A stretch of DNA of 64,000 bases, from the NCBI GenBank assembly GCA_001662655.1, contig KV460280.1. The stretch is one strand, 5' to 3'. Positions 24,992-38,794 of the stretch are shown one piece after another; position 1 is the first letter of the stretch; every line of letters starts with the position of its first letter. This DNA comes from Pseudogymnoascus verrucosus (taxonomy: Eukaryota). The position numbers and the translations under genes are program-made. The notes under the pieces are model-generated. The model worked only from the letters and a program-made list of their open reading frames with translations. It was not told where the DNA came from and made no database searches.

Positions 24992-26189
24992 ATGGAGAAG
25001 AAATCGCCAATTGTTCAGCTCCCCGCTGGCGAGGAAACTGTAACTGTCAAACTGATCAATGCCGTCAATTTTGGACCAGCAGTCCTGAACAGGTTCATGG
25101 CACCACCTGTGCCTAGCGTGACAACACACAAGACACACTCGCCTTCACTATGCTTTCTTATCGAGCATGGCTCTGGCCGTAAATTGGTCTGGGATCTAGG
25201 AATCCGAAAGGATTTTAACAATTATGCTCCGACCATTGCGAATTACATACCAACGACAAACTACAACATTCAGGTCAAGGTGAATGTCATCGATATCCTG
25301 GAAGAGAACGGCATACGCGGCAATGAAATCGAGGCCGTCATTTGGAGGTAGGTTCACTGCCCCTACTGTCGCCATCTTGAAAGCTGACTCTGTTTGAAGT
25401 CACTGGCATTGGGACCACATTGGCGACCCGTCTACTTTCCCACCCACTACTGACCTCGTAGTTGGGGCGGGGTTCAAAGAAGCTATGCTTCCAGGTGCCC
25501 CAGCAAATCCCGAATCGCCCATACGTGAGAGTGATTACGCGTACGTTTTAATTCCTCGCCATGGCTACAATGCAATGTGTTAACGGCTTCGTGTTAGTGG
25601 TCGTACCCTCCGTGAGATTTCATTTGACGGCCCGAACTCTCTTCGGATTGGCCGCTTCCCAGCTTTTGATTATTTCGGCGATGGCTCTTTCTACCTCCTA
25701 GATAGCCCCGGACACGCCGTCGGCCATCTCTGTGGACTTGCACGAACAACCACTGGCCCCGATACTTTTATACTCCTAGGTGGTGACGTCTGTCACTATC
25801 CTGGGATATTTAGACCTTCCGAGCATCTACCAGTACCCGAATCAATCTCGCCGCATCCTTGCAATCCACAAAGCGACCTCCCATTCTGTCCTGGTAGCGC
25901 TTTTGACGATCTTCAAAAATCAAGAGGTAGGAAACCTACAGATACTCTCTACGATATAACCTATGGGCTTGATATACCGCTTGCAACTACTACAGTTGGG
26001 CATCTGCAAGACCTTGACTGCAACGAGAACGTCTTTGTTATCATTGCTCATGACGGATCAGTACGAGATGGTGTTGATCATTTCCCCAAGAGTTTAAATG
26101 CATGGAAGGAGAAGGGATGGGGCAATATGCTGAAGTGGGCATTCTTTAGAGATCTGGAACCTTATTGGAAAACGGTGGGATTGGCCTAG
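24992..26189 (+). CDS. Metallo-beta-lactamase-fold hydrolase (lactonase/lactamase-like)
   Basis: WDLGIRKD. Removing intron 25348-25399 gives [13 protein letters not shown] (HxHxDH); also [26 protein letters not shown] and IAHD. Confidence 0.88.
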
Positions 26190-26884
26190 CTATAGTGTAA
26201 CCAGAGTTTATACCATTCGCAATATCACATAAATTATTTTTGCCTTTGCAGTGCTCAATGAAATGACCATTGTGATCGGCTTCACAAATGGCCCTCTGGA
26301 TGCAAATCTCGCCCCAATTTCCAACACACACAAGCTAACACGTCATATTCAAGTTTCGACACAGTCCAGGTCTAGCGTTTCCCATTCATTGACATGCACG
26401 TGGCAGCCATGCAATCCAAAAAAAAAAAAATGCCGGTCTAAAAGAAAACTACCGAATTAGCACATTACGCTATTGTGGTACCGATGTACGGCCGGAATTT
26501 GGTGCTAATTGAAATATTGAGTCCGGCGGGCTGGTGGGGATGTCTGACTTTCCATGCCGACGGCAATCCGAATTTGGACTGCCACTAGGGTTTCTGACGG
26601 CGATCCGAATCCGGATTGCCGTACGCATGGAAAGTCTCCCAGCCACACCCCAACCACTACCCCGCGATTTGACCCCGCAAAGTACTGATCGTCGTCCCCC
26701 TCAATCTCAATCCCTAATCCTTCTATCTTTTACGCTGCCGCATATCCGATGAATATTCAGTGTATATTATTCTGTCATTGATAAAACAGTCACACATTGC
26801 CCTCAATAATTCCCCTAATTCTCTGTTTTATTCCACAGAAAGTTTCGCATCTAATATCCCAATTTTTATTTTACACTTATAACT

Positions 26885-28097
26885 ATGCCTCAACTAGCCA
26901 AATACAGCTACACTGGCCCGGTGGACCACACCGTGGTGCCCGACAAGTCGAAGATGAAGGGGAAGTCGGTAATTGTTACAGGCGGCGCCAACGGAATCGG
27001 CGAGGCGTGCGTACGTGCCTTCGTTGCTGCTGGTGCCTTCGTCACATTTGGAGACCTTAGCGAGAGGGGCAAAGAGATTGAGAAGGAGCTCAATGCTGAC
27101 GGAGATCGTGTGGCTTTTGTCAAGTGCGATATCCGTAGCTGGGACGAGCAGAAGACGCTCTTCGAGACGGCCGTGAGCAAGAGCCCAAATCACAGTGTAG
27201 ACGTTGTATTGGCGAATGCTGGAATCAGCAGGAGCTCAGGAGATAGTTTATGGAACCTTGATGGTACGAGTTTTTGCCCCATCGTATCTAAATGCTGTTT
27301 ATTAAGGCCAATTTGCTAAAATGTAATCTAGACCTCAAAGGAGAGCCAACAAAGCCTGATCTCAACATTGTCAAGGTCAACATTGACGGCACTCTGTACA
27401 CCTGGAAACTTGCGACATATTACTTTAGAAGACAACCCGATAACGAAGACCGTGACAGATGCTTCATAATGACTGGAAGCATGGTGGCTTGGATTGATTC
27501 TCCAGTAAGCCTCCCCCCGACCCCGCCTCCCACAGCCCATCCCCCGCAAAACAAACTGCAGCTCGCTCCCAACCGATTCAGAATGTCTATTAGCTCTGAA
27601 CATGAAAGGCTAACTTGTCAAATAGGGAAACTGGGAATACACAGCAACGAAGTATGCTCTAAGAGGATTCATGAGAACTGCTCGTCGTAACTCGTGGGAG
27701 CAAGGCATCAGGATCAACTATGTTGCACCCTGCTGGATCAAGAGCGCTATCCGAACTGCCGAGTATGAGAGCTGGCTCATTGACAACGGCATCAAATTTG
27801 GTGAAACCGAGGATTGCGCCGGTGCCATGATGAGGATTGCATGTGACAGGACAGTGAATGGTAAGTTTTTGATATGTTCATGCCCACGGTGAAAAACTCT
27901 CTCTAATATGATGCAATTTAATAGGCCGTTCATTCATGATTACACCACGGTCATATGTAAAGGAAGGATTCAAGGACACCGACAAGGAGGATTATACTGA
28001 GGAGGAGCCCTACTTCAAGCAGAACCAAGAGACGCAGCTGAGAATTATTGAGGATCAATGGCTTGAAGGATATAAAGTAAGAGTTTACAAAGCATAG
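26885..28097 (+). CDS. Short-chain dehydrogenase/reductase
   Basis: VTGGANGIG, ANAGI, catalytic YTATK, GIRINYVAP; three introns. Confidence 0.88.
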
Positions 28098-28653
28098 TTG
28101 AAAATGGATCTCGCTGACAGAGACGAGGCTCAAGGAAGAAACAAGAAATAAGGGGCGATGGCTGTATATAGTTCCCCCCATATATACTATGATAGTTTAC
28201 TTATACCATGAAATACATCTTCATATTTATTCACATCTCAACTCTGAAAGCCTTCCAAAGCAAGTAATATTTTCATGACAAACGCCACAGCTATTTTGAA
28301 GTGATAAACCGCGAAGAATCGAACTATACGAAAAGAACCTCAGCGGAGCCTTTATAATCATTCGAAGTCTAGTGTTTTATTTTTCCGTTGGTATCAAAGT
28401 TGCCTCTTGTGGGGCCGTTGAAAGGGCTTCGAGGTTGAAGAAGGCTGGGTCAGACATTCTTATTGACCCAACTTCCGTGAAATCAGAATTATTTGATTTG
28501 GTCTATCGGCGTCAGTACCTGTCATGTCCAATACTTGGATATAGTGAAGTGCAGGAATCACGGCAGTATAGGTAGAAGATTATATCTAAAATTGGTATAA
28601 CTGAATATCTAAACATGCAAAGAGAACAATCTAGCTACTAAAACAATGCCCCT

Positions 28654-30625
28654 CTACTTCTTTTCCGAGGCAGTATCTTTAAGCTCTTCCGCCTTCTCGA
28701 CGTACCAAGCCAAATCGCTGTTTGGATCCGACTCAAATTCGGTGAACCCGTTACCCATAAACCTGAAGTTATTCGCGGTATTGTATACAATGTTGAAGTC
28801 CTCAGCACGGATGTCGCGAATTAACCGGTTGAAGAGTTGTGCACTGCCACCAAACAGTGCTGTAACCCGGCCGTCAACACGTCCCCTCTTATACCAACTC
28901 GTGCAGCCACCGGTCCAAACCAAAGTCTTGTGAATCTCATCGGCATACTTAACAAGGGCATGAACAACCTCCTTCTTGGGCTCAATGTACTTGATGTCCT
29001 CAGTAGCAATCTTCTTGATCCACTTCACAAAGTAATCACCAGTCCAGTTCAACGATTCCACGAGAGAGCCATGGCCACCGAGACTGTTGGGGCCGGTCAT
29101 CATCAAGTAGTTTGGGAAGTCCGGTGCGGCGACAGAGAGGTAGGACTCTGGATCTTCCGCCCAGCGTTCGGCAAGGTTGACACTGTTCTTTCCAATCAGC
29201 GGGAAGCGTGGGCGATAGGAGACGTCGAAACCGGTTGCACAGATGACAACATCGCACTCGTATGTCTTGCCATCAGCGGTGTGAACTGCCTTCTCACTGA
29301 TACTGGTGATGGGGCTGTTTGTGATATCGCAGTTTGGCTTGGTGAATGACTCGAGGTATCCTGGGCCTGGCGTGATACGGCGACAACCCAGCTCCCACTT
29401 GGGGATAAGAATTTCGCATAACCTTGGGTCGTGCTTGAGCTTTTCTGACATCTGCTTCGTAGCAACCTCCATGGTCTTTTTATTATTCTCGCCCTTGATG
29501 AAGAGAGCAAAGGACTTGTTTGTGCGGGTAATTATGCCCTTGCGGTATTGGTGATGATAATCAGGGTCGCGGAAGCGTTCCTTCTCCTCTTCTGTGAATT
29601 GCGGATTGGGATCGGCTGTCTCTCTACCAAGATGCGCCGATGGCGGCGCACGGTAGTAGACCCAGGCCGGGCCACGAACAAAGTTCATAACGTCTGTTCC
29701 TGCCAACTTAGCCATCTGTGGAACAATCTGAATACCAGACGATCCGTTGCCAATTACTGCAATGCGCTTGTTGGAATAGTCGTAGTCATGGTCCCATGCA
29801 GCAGAGTGTGTTACATGGCCCTTGAAGTCACTTAGACCAGAAACCTTCGGCCATGCTTCTTTGCTGTGTTTTATCGTTAGTAACTGAAATATGTAAAGTG
29901 TGAGGATCCGAAATTATACGTACACAAGAACACCTTGGCCGGATATCAAAATATCACAGAACTCTTCCCTAACCTCACCCTTATGTTCAACAGTAAGCTT
30001 CCACTTCCCCAGGTCGTCCTGCCACACTGCGCTTGTGACACTGGTATTTAGCTTGATATCGCGATCAAGGTTCCACTTCTTGACGGTTCTCTTGATATAA
30101 GCTTGGATGTCTCCACCGCTAGCATAGAATCGATCCCAGTCTGGGTTGGGATCAAATGGAAATGCCTGCAAGAGTTGTTAGATGGCGTTTTGGCACGTGC
30201 TCAAGGGTGAAACTTACGTAGATGTGCGCTGGCACGTCACACTGGACACCAGGGTAGTTATTGACGAGCCATGTTCCTCCAATGTCGCTACGAGCCTCAT
30301 AAATGGTGTTTTCGATGATGTCTTGCATCTCCGGAAACCTGTGCTGGAATTTATGGGCCATGATCAGTCCGGAAAATCCGGCTCCAATAGTTATGACTTT
30401 CAGCTTCCTTGAAGTGTAGGCATACTGCTGGCTCAGGGAAAACGGATCTGTCACATCGCCATTTGCGTGGGCGGTGATGGGAGAACCATTTGTGTGAGCA
30501 ATGGCGGGGGAAATTCCATTCCCATTCACCGCAGGTGCCTTAGTTTTCAAAGAATCGCCATTGAGATGAGGAATAGATGGCACTTCGCCATCAATCCGAA
30601 CAGGAGGCTGTACGACGACGGTCAT
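28654..30625 (-). CDS. Type I Baeyer-Villiger / flavin-binding monooxygenase
   Basis: IGAGFSG, GGTWLVNNYPG, fingerprint FKGHVTHSAAW, GNGSSG, CATGFD; two introns. Confidence 0.9.
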
Positions 30626-31345
30626 GCTGATAATCGAAAAATGTTTGTTTGATTTTGAGTTATTGTTGATGCGCGGGGTAAAAGATAAGATACGAGACAA
30701 CCAGTCTTTATAAGTAAGCTTTTCACTCCTTTACCAAACCCTCCAAGGTTGTAGCTAGGGGGTTATTCTCCACATGCTACAGAATAATTGATTGAGACTT
30801 GCTAGAGTACAGTGGGGCGGCATTGGGGCTTTGGAGCATCGCGGCTTTCCCAAAGCGGAGAGTTGGCATTATGGGGTAGGAAATGGACTGGAGTGCAGCT
30901 AGAGATGAAGCGGTTGTTAGGCTCGAAGCCGAATACTTGGTAAGTTACTGTTGTTACTCGCAGGCGTGGTCAGGAGAGAGGCGTCCATTGAGTCGAGTGG
31001 TGGGGATATTCGGCATGGACAATTATGGTAAGGCGGCAGAATATGGGGGCTAACCGTAAACGTAATGCCGACAACAACCAAACTGAAGGCTGTCACGGCA
31101 ACTCCAACGGATATGTCGGCCGAGAGCTCAAATTATTCGGAACATCTGCGGGGACCCCACAGTGCAACCCCTCATGCGCGTCGCTGAACCCCGCCGACAC
31201 CAGTTCTCTTATCGCTCCTTATAACGCGGGGTCCTTCGTGTGATTATGCGCAAGTAATATATTTTGTCAAAGACTCTACTTGTTATTTCTACTTGCCCAT
31301 TCATATCACTACAACTCACAAGTCGTCTTACATATTTTTTTCGCA

Positions 31346-33088
31346 ATGACGGTCAATGGGGCGTCGACCACTAATGGATCAGCCACCACCAATGGGTCAG
31401 CAACAAATGGAGCAAAGCCCTCCATGCCGGGCAACAAAGATCTCGATTATGACGTCTTGATCATTGGCGCAGGATTGAGTGGCATTTACTCCCTGTACCG
31501 AATGCGACAAATGGGGTTGAGAGCGAAGGTGATCGAGGCTGGATCAGGAGAAGGAGGCACATGGTTCTGGTAAGCAACAGGCAGTTTATGGTGCACATCA
31601 AATTTCTAACTCTTTAACAGGAACCGCTACCCTGGGGCCCGATTTGACTCCGAGAGTTATTCATACATCTTTTCTTTTTCACAAGAAGTTCTAGACGAGT
31701 GGGACTGGTCTGAACACTTCTCTTCTCAGCCAGAGACCCTCCGATACTGCCAGTTCCTCGCCAAGAAGTTTGATCTGAAGCGCGACATGAAATTCAACAC
31801 CCGCGTGAAGTCGGCACACTTCCAGCAAACCTCGAACTCGTGGTTGACGACAGATGAGACCGGTGCACAGTACACTTCACGATACTTGATTACCTGCATG
31901 GGTATTTTGAACGAGCCTACACTCCCAAACATTCCTGGCGTCCACAACTTCAAAGGCGACGCATTTCACACGGCAAGGTGGCCTAGCGATGCTGCTGGAA
32001 AGCTCGACGGAAAGAGGGTAGGCATCATTGGAACTGGTGCTACAGCCATTCAAACCATCCAAGAAATTGTCAAGACCGTGGGGTCTCTTGCTGTTTTCCA
32101 ACGCACTCCTAACTGGACCTGCCCATTACGAAACACCAAGATTAGCACCAAAGAGATGAAGGAAATCCGCGAAAGCTACCCCGAAATCTTCCAGAAATGT
32201 CTCGATTCATACGCTGGTTTCATCCACTTGAGCGACACGAGAAGCACATTCGACTTGACCCACGAGGAGCGTGAGGCTTTCTGGGAGGAGATTTACGCTA
32301 AACCGGGTTTCTCGAAGTATTTGAGCAACTTTAGGGATATCGGTACAGACCGCAAGGCCAACACGTTGTACAGCAACTTTATTGCCAAGAAGATCCGCGA
32401 ACGTGTCAATGACCCAGAAGTTGCCGAGAAGCTTATTCCAAAGAATCACGGATTCGGCACAAGGAGAGTTCCTCTGGAGAGCGGCTATTATGAGGCATTC
32501 AATAAGCCCAACGTGCAGTTGGTGGACATTAATGAAAACCCCATTGAGCGTATCACCGAAAAGGGCATTATGACCAAGGATGGCGAGCTCGAGTTTGACG
32601 TTATTATTTATGCGACCGGTTTCGATGCCGTCACCGGCTCTTTCAGAGCTGTTGACTTCCAAGGGAAAGACGGCCTCAAACTGACGGATCAGTGGAGCGA
32701 GTCTATCCAAACTTATCTCGGCCTTACGGTCAACTCCTTCCCAAACATGTTTATGGTTATGGGTCCTCATCAAATGTTCGGCAACATCCCCAGAAGCATT
32801 GAATACGCCGTCAACTGGATTTCAAACCTCATCGGTTACGCCGCTGAGAACAACATCACATACATCGAAGCGACACCACAGAAAATGGATCAATGGGGTG
32901 ACCATGTGAATGAGTGCGCAGTGGGACTTTTGGCAAATGAGGTGGACTCCTGGATGACGGGTGTTAATAAGAATCTTTCACACAAGCAAAAGAGGTCGAT
33001 AGCGAGATACAATGGCCCGGCGCCAGGGTACAGGAAGAAGTGTGATGATGTTGCATCTCGAAAGTATTCCGACTTCACGATACTTTAA
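31346..33088 (+). CDS. Type I Baeyer-Villiger monooxygenase (cycloalkanone monooxygenase-like)
   Basis: IGAGLSG, GGTWF|WNRYPGARFDSE (intron 31571-31620), FKGDAFHTARWP, GTGATAIQ, GTRR, ATGFD. Confidence 0.92.
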
Positions 33089-33429
33089 GCGTGGAGTCAA
33101 TTTATTGTACAGATTTAGATATTTCCTTGGGGTGCTCAGTTGCTTGTTCAGATATTTACACATTAGCAAATAAAATGAGCCAATAGTAAAAAATCCAACC
33201 TTCATGCATGTGTGATCTGTGAAATTATCCGTCCTCACATCTCATGCTACGAAAATTCTCCATTGCCACGTTCCCCACGAAGTTGGAAGGTCTGAGAAGC
33301 CGTTCTTGGAGGGGAGTGGCAGATACTGGTCAGTAGGAATGAATCACTTTCTCTTGTTCGGTTTTCCACATAGAGGGCTCATATATCTGCGTATAACACC
33401 TGAAGAATTGCGAATTAATTCTATGGAAT

Positions 33430-34561
33430 TTATTGTTCCTTGACATCAAAACTATTTGTCGCTGCCGGATTACTCAACACCCACTTTATGCCTTCATCAA
33501 TAACGTTATCCCATCTTTTACTTGCAGAAAGCGCGTCGCCAAAACGGCGGAACCCATGAGGGACGCCTTTGAATACGTTGATATCGGTAGGAACTCTGAA
33601 ATTTCGGTCAGCCTTCATAACACCTTCATCCAGCACGAGCTATGGTAAACAAATGAGAGGTTACATACCCAACTTCTGTTAACATCTTTGCATATAGCAG
33701 CCCTTCGTCACGCAATGGATCCAGACCCGTGATACCGAAAACAGTCGGTGGTAGCCCCTTCACTTCTTCAGGCGTCGCATTTCCGGGACTTAATTTCAAA
33801 TCCGCCTCATCTGGGTTCTCAACATTCAAAAGGCCCTCAAAAAATTCCATTTTGCTCCTTGGCAGGATGGGCGCATGTTCGTTTTCGACATACGACGAAA
33901 TACTCCTGTCCTTCATCTTCTTCAACTGCGGCTCGTAGCACTTCGCATGCACGAATGACGGAATCATCAGAACCTGACCAACAGGATCTGGACACCCCGA
34001 TGCTGCCTTGCCTAAATGCTTTTGAAGCACCAACGATGAAATCAAACGCGAGCCAGCCGATATCCCGCCTAGCACGACTTTCTGCCCGTCTCCATTTATC
34101 TCATGGAGGTGACTATGCAACCACACAAAGGCGTCCTGTGCGTCGTCCCAAGCCGTCGGGTATATGAACTCTGGCGCGTGTCGGTAATTCACGTTGACGA
34201 CGACGACACCAACACTGACTGCGATACGGGCGCATATCGCATCTTCGGACGCCAATGTTCCGAAAACGAAGCCTCCGCCGTGGAAGTGCATGTAGACGGG
34301 CAGGAGCTCTGACGCAGGGACTGACGACGGGCGATAGCTGCGCGCCTCAAGGGCGTACCCATCTCGCGTTTGGATCGAGTGGTCGCGCATGTGGACTTGC
34401 GCAGATAGCGAGACCATGGCTTTACTGGCGATGGCCTCGCGGCCTTCGTTTGCTTTGAGTATCATCTCGGAAACAGACTGGTTGGCTACTGGCGGGGGCA
34501 GGCTTGCCTCGACTGCCAGCCACTCGTCGCTGGGTCCGCCATAGGAAGAGAAGTCGCACAT
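33430..34561 (-). CDS. Alpha/beta hydrolase, HSL-type esterase (possible lactone hydrolase)
   Basis: HGGG oxyanion motif, GISAG nucleophile elbow, DPLRDEG, PHGF; one intron near 33597-33669. Confidence 0.9.
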
Positions 34562-35243
34562 AGTTATTGTTGATCTATCCGCAGATATTACTGTCAAGAG
34601 TGAATCTATATTCTCACGTGTTTTCTTCAAGGTAGGGAGCATATAATTGTAATTGTTTAGTAATTCTTCTGATTCCTGATGCAGTAGAACGGCCAGATAT
34701 TCGCTCCCCGAACTAGATAACAAACGCTTCTCGGCTTTTGCGGGAATACGGAACACAAACCGCGGAACTGGGGATGCGGTTGTTGATGTCCGGATAACTG
34801 GAGTCACGGGAAAACTCAAGGATCATCAGAAAGATCGGCGCTGGGATCGGCGAGCGGGGAAACTGACAAGGACAGCTGATGGCCGAACTTCGGCAACGGC
34901 AATCCTGAAAGAGGTTTACCGCTTCCCCGCTTCCCCATGTACCCCACTGTACTTTCACGCCCCACTTTTACCCCTCAGCTTATCTCCAACCACTTCCAAC
35001 CACTTTGTATTTGCCGCCGGTCATCAAACTCCATCCCAGGAGCATTCGTGGGTTAATGCCGTCGCAGACCATGGAGTGCCAACAATAGTAACCGCAAAAT
35101 CGAGCTAGCTAGATTATGAAAGAATATATTCTATTAATGTTTTTTTGTGTAATATTGAAGTTGTGATTTCATTTTACCAACACTCCCTATCAAAACGAAT
35201 GGAAAGTTAGACACAGTTTCGAATTTACACACGCGAAGCAAAC

Positions 35244-36148
35244 ATGTCCGAAATATCTGCTCAACCCCCTTCGCGCTCACTAAAGGGCAAAGTCGCCATC
35301 GTCACCGGCGCCGGCTGCGCTGGGGAAGGCATAGGCAATGGCCGCGCGATATCTATCCTCCTCGCATCCGACGGTTGCGACGTGCTTTGCCTCGACTTGA
35401 ATCTCGACTGGGCCACCAAGACAGCTGAACTTGTTAACGCGCAGGCAGGCAGTGGCCGTGCTATAGCTGTTCAAGCCGACGTCACCTCTGCGACAGCCTG
35501 CGAAGAAGCCGTCGCGACTGCGCTTCGAGAGTTCGGGCGCCTCGACATATTGGTTAATAATGTTGGAATCGGCGGCGCAGCAGGGACTGCTGTTAATGTT
35601 GACATGGCGGATTGGGCGCGTGGGCTCGAGATCAATGTGTCAAGTATGGTGCAGATGACCAAGTACGCAGTGCCAGCGATGGCGAAGAATACAGGAGAAT
35701 TACGCGGTTCCATTGTGAATATGGGCAGTGTCGCAGGCCTGAAGGGTGGAACGCCGCACTTGCTGTATCCGACAAGTAAAGGCGCGATTGTCAACATGAC
35801 GCGCGCTATGGCGGCACACCACGCCGCGGATGGAATCAGGGTAAACTGTGTTTGCCCAGGGGTGAGTTCATTGGTTATGGCTTGAGATTGACCTTATATT
35901 AACTTGTATTTCAGATGTTATACACACCAATGATGTATGCTAATGGCATGTCGGAGGAGGCACGCGCGGCGAGGAAAGCGAGGAGTTTGTTAGGGACTGA
36001 GGGGACGGGTTGGGATTGTGCCTGCGCAGTTGTGTTTCTAGCAAGTGATCATGCGAGGTGGATGACAGGAGTGATTTTGCCCGTGGATGCTGGAACTACG
36101 GCCGCGGTCGGTATTGGATTGCCTAAAAGTGCAAGTGTAAATGCATAA
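35244..36148 (+). CDS. Short-chain dehydrogenase/reductase
   Basis: VTGAG..GIGNG, LVNNVG, YPTSK, GIRVNCVCPG|ML; intron 35862-35914. Confidence 0.92.
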
Positions 36149-36420
36149 GCATAATATACGTTGAGATAATAGAGCACTACTATACAGAATAGCTGTGATA
36201 TATTAAATAAGCAAACTGGATTTAATTATTAACTCGACTAAGTATAATATAATATATATGTGAGAATAAATCACTATTATGAAGAAACGCTGTAATATAT
36301 TAAATAAAGAAATTGGATTTCATTATTATCCTGACCAAGCATAATATATATGGGAGAACAAATCACTATTATAAATAAATGCTTAGATATATCAAATAAA
36401 CAAATCGAAGTCAATTATTA
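36147..36420. repeat. AT-rich ~93-97-bp tandem triplication between convergent genes
   Basis: Three copies of aagcataatat...cacta(c/t)tat...gct....atatat(t/c)aaataa...attatta. Confidence 0.8.
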
Positions 36421-36430
36421 TGCTATGTGA

Positions 36431-37898
36431 TTACTGATCGTACATTAATGCAATACGTCCTTTGATCTGTCCGTCAAGAAGGCCTTGTAGAGTAGCCGGG
36501 AACTCAGATGGAGGCTTGCCCACAACTTGTGGTTGAATAACCTTCTTCGAGATCAATTCCAGCACCTCTTCGAGGTCATCCAACTGCCCACCATATGAAA
36601 AGATAAAGCTCAGTCTCTTTCGGATGCCGTTTTTCATGTCTACAACATTTTCATGGTCTAATGTTCCCACACAAACAATCTTTCCACCTCGACGAACTAA
36701 ATTATCAACGTTAGTAATGCAGATTTTAAGAGATCCAATTTACGTACCAATCACTTGAGCGTCATGGAAAGTTTGATGCATGCCAACGAAGTCGAGTACC
36801 GTGTCGATCTTCCCATCAAGGCCATTCTCGATGATGAACTCCGTGGGAGACTTCCCAACAGGCACAATATCCCCTCTTGGAATGCCAAGCTTGACTGCTT
36901 CTTCTAAGAGCTCTTCTTTCACATCCGAAACGATAACTCTCGCTCCAATGTGGTGTATGGTTTGTAGCGCGTTAAATCCCAGCCCCCCTAGGCCGAATAA
37001 AAATACGGTCTCATGGGCCTTTACCTCGCCTCTCCTGGTTATGGCATGGTAGCCGGTCTTCACCGCGTCAGTGGCTACTGCAGCCTCTGCAGGTGTGACT
37101 CCTGAAGATGGTATTAGCTAACTTAACCCCTGTATCTACAGATAGGATTTAACATTACCTTCTGGAACTAGCACCACGGCGCGTTGGTCTACCGCAGCGT
37201 ACGGCGCATGATATCCGTCTTGTCCAATGCCAGAATGTTGACATCTCAGACATAGTTGTGATACATCGCGAGAGCATTCCGGGCAATCATCAAATCCGCA
37301 GCCTGGTACGGCATCAAGGGCAACCACGTCCCCCTTCACGCATAACCTTGATTAGCATGTTGGTTTAAACATCGCGACTCCGTAAACACACGTACCACTT
37401 TGAATTTCGAATCACTTCTGACTTGAGCACCAACTCTCACTATAGTCCCACAGCCTTCGTGGCCCTATAATTGATATTAGAGACTCTGGTCTTGAGGCTG
37501 ATGACGCAGAGAGAGAGGGTGTTTTACAAGGGTAAACTGTTTTTCAAACCATGGGCGTGGCTTCTCGTCTATCAGTATCGAATGGTCGCTGCGACATACT
37601 TCGAGGTTTATTAGCCTCGGATACGAAAGATTTTGGCAGTACGGAATGCCATTGAGGCGTGCACTAGTGGTCACTACCAGCCATCACCACAAGATAGACT
37701 CACCGCCAGAAGCTAGCATCTTGATCAAAAACCCAGTTGGAGGAGTCTGTGGCACAGCAACTTCTTCCCATACCTCCACAAAATTCCATTGTCAGTTACG
37801 ATCTTGACGGTAAAACAAGGTATCTTTCGACATACTGGGTCAGGGCTGCCCATATGCTTTCTCCATCCATGCATGGTTGATGGGATACTAGTAGTCAT
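36431..37898 (-). CDS. Zn-dependent medium-chain alcohol dehydrogenase
   Basis: The spliced model gives GVCRSDH, GHEGCG, structural Zn CGFDDCPEC...C, ATDAVKTGYH and GLGGLG; many short introns. Confidence 0.85.
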
Positions 37899-38794
37899 AT
37901 TGAAGGTTGTTTGTTGGTTGTGCGGTTATGAGTGTTGGCATAAACTATGGTGTCTAAATTGTAATCGCAGATATTCCCACAACGTTTGTTTTATGTCATA
38001 TTTCGCGATTAATCCCCGCAACTTTACCCCGCATTTGAGTAAGGCCTGTGCATGGTCGTCCCCTGTTCCTGCATGCGAGTATCTTGCTGGCTACTACATA
38101 ACCGTCTCCAATAATGTGGCCAAATAGGCGAGATCAAAATTGGAGTAGCCGTGATGTGGAACCAGTATGCATGGTATTGTTATGGCTAGGATTGATTCAT
38201 AGCGACGTTGATCCGGATTTCCATATTGGACTTCGAGTAGATAAAAATTATAGTCTCTATACGATGTGTCTATGTAATATGGCACGAAAAGTATCTGGAA
38301 TCTGTGTCTGGTATGAGACAGCGGTTCAGTTATCAAGGTGGCGATTGGTAGGGTCCTTGTCAGTCCGTGATCTGGGGTCAGTTGGGGTCGAAGCCAAGTT
38401 CGTTGGGGTAGAATCCGGCATGATGCACCCCACGCTTCGGGAGGAGCGGCAAGCCAATTGGAGATAGGGAGGCTAGTCCCATTAGGGTTTACCGAAGCCA
38501 TCCTGAACGATACTCATATCAGTAGAGAACAGGACTAGCCCACAACCACCATGTCGACGGCGAAAAGTGGGAGGGCCAATCGTGTAGCTTCTTGTAGCTG
38601 GAGAGATAATGTGACCCCATCCCCATCTAAACGTGAGACGCCGAGTGGATCCAGAAAAGTGATAACTCTTTTTGGATTTATTACATTCAGGTCCCTCCGA
38701 GCATTTCTACGAGTATTTTTTGAAGACGCTGTTCATGCCACGTATATTTTGATTATAATCTATTCGCATCTTCACTTGTGACATCGAAGCTACG

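Noticed and set aside
34562..34819. 85-aa N-terminal extension of the esterase ORF
   Set aside because: It has no ATG at the annotated start and runs through AT-rich promoter-like DNA; MCDFS at 34561 is the more plausible start.
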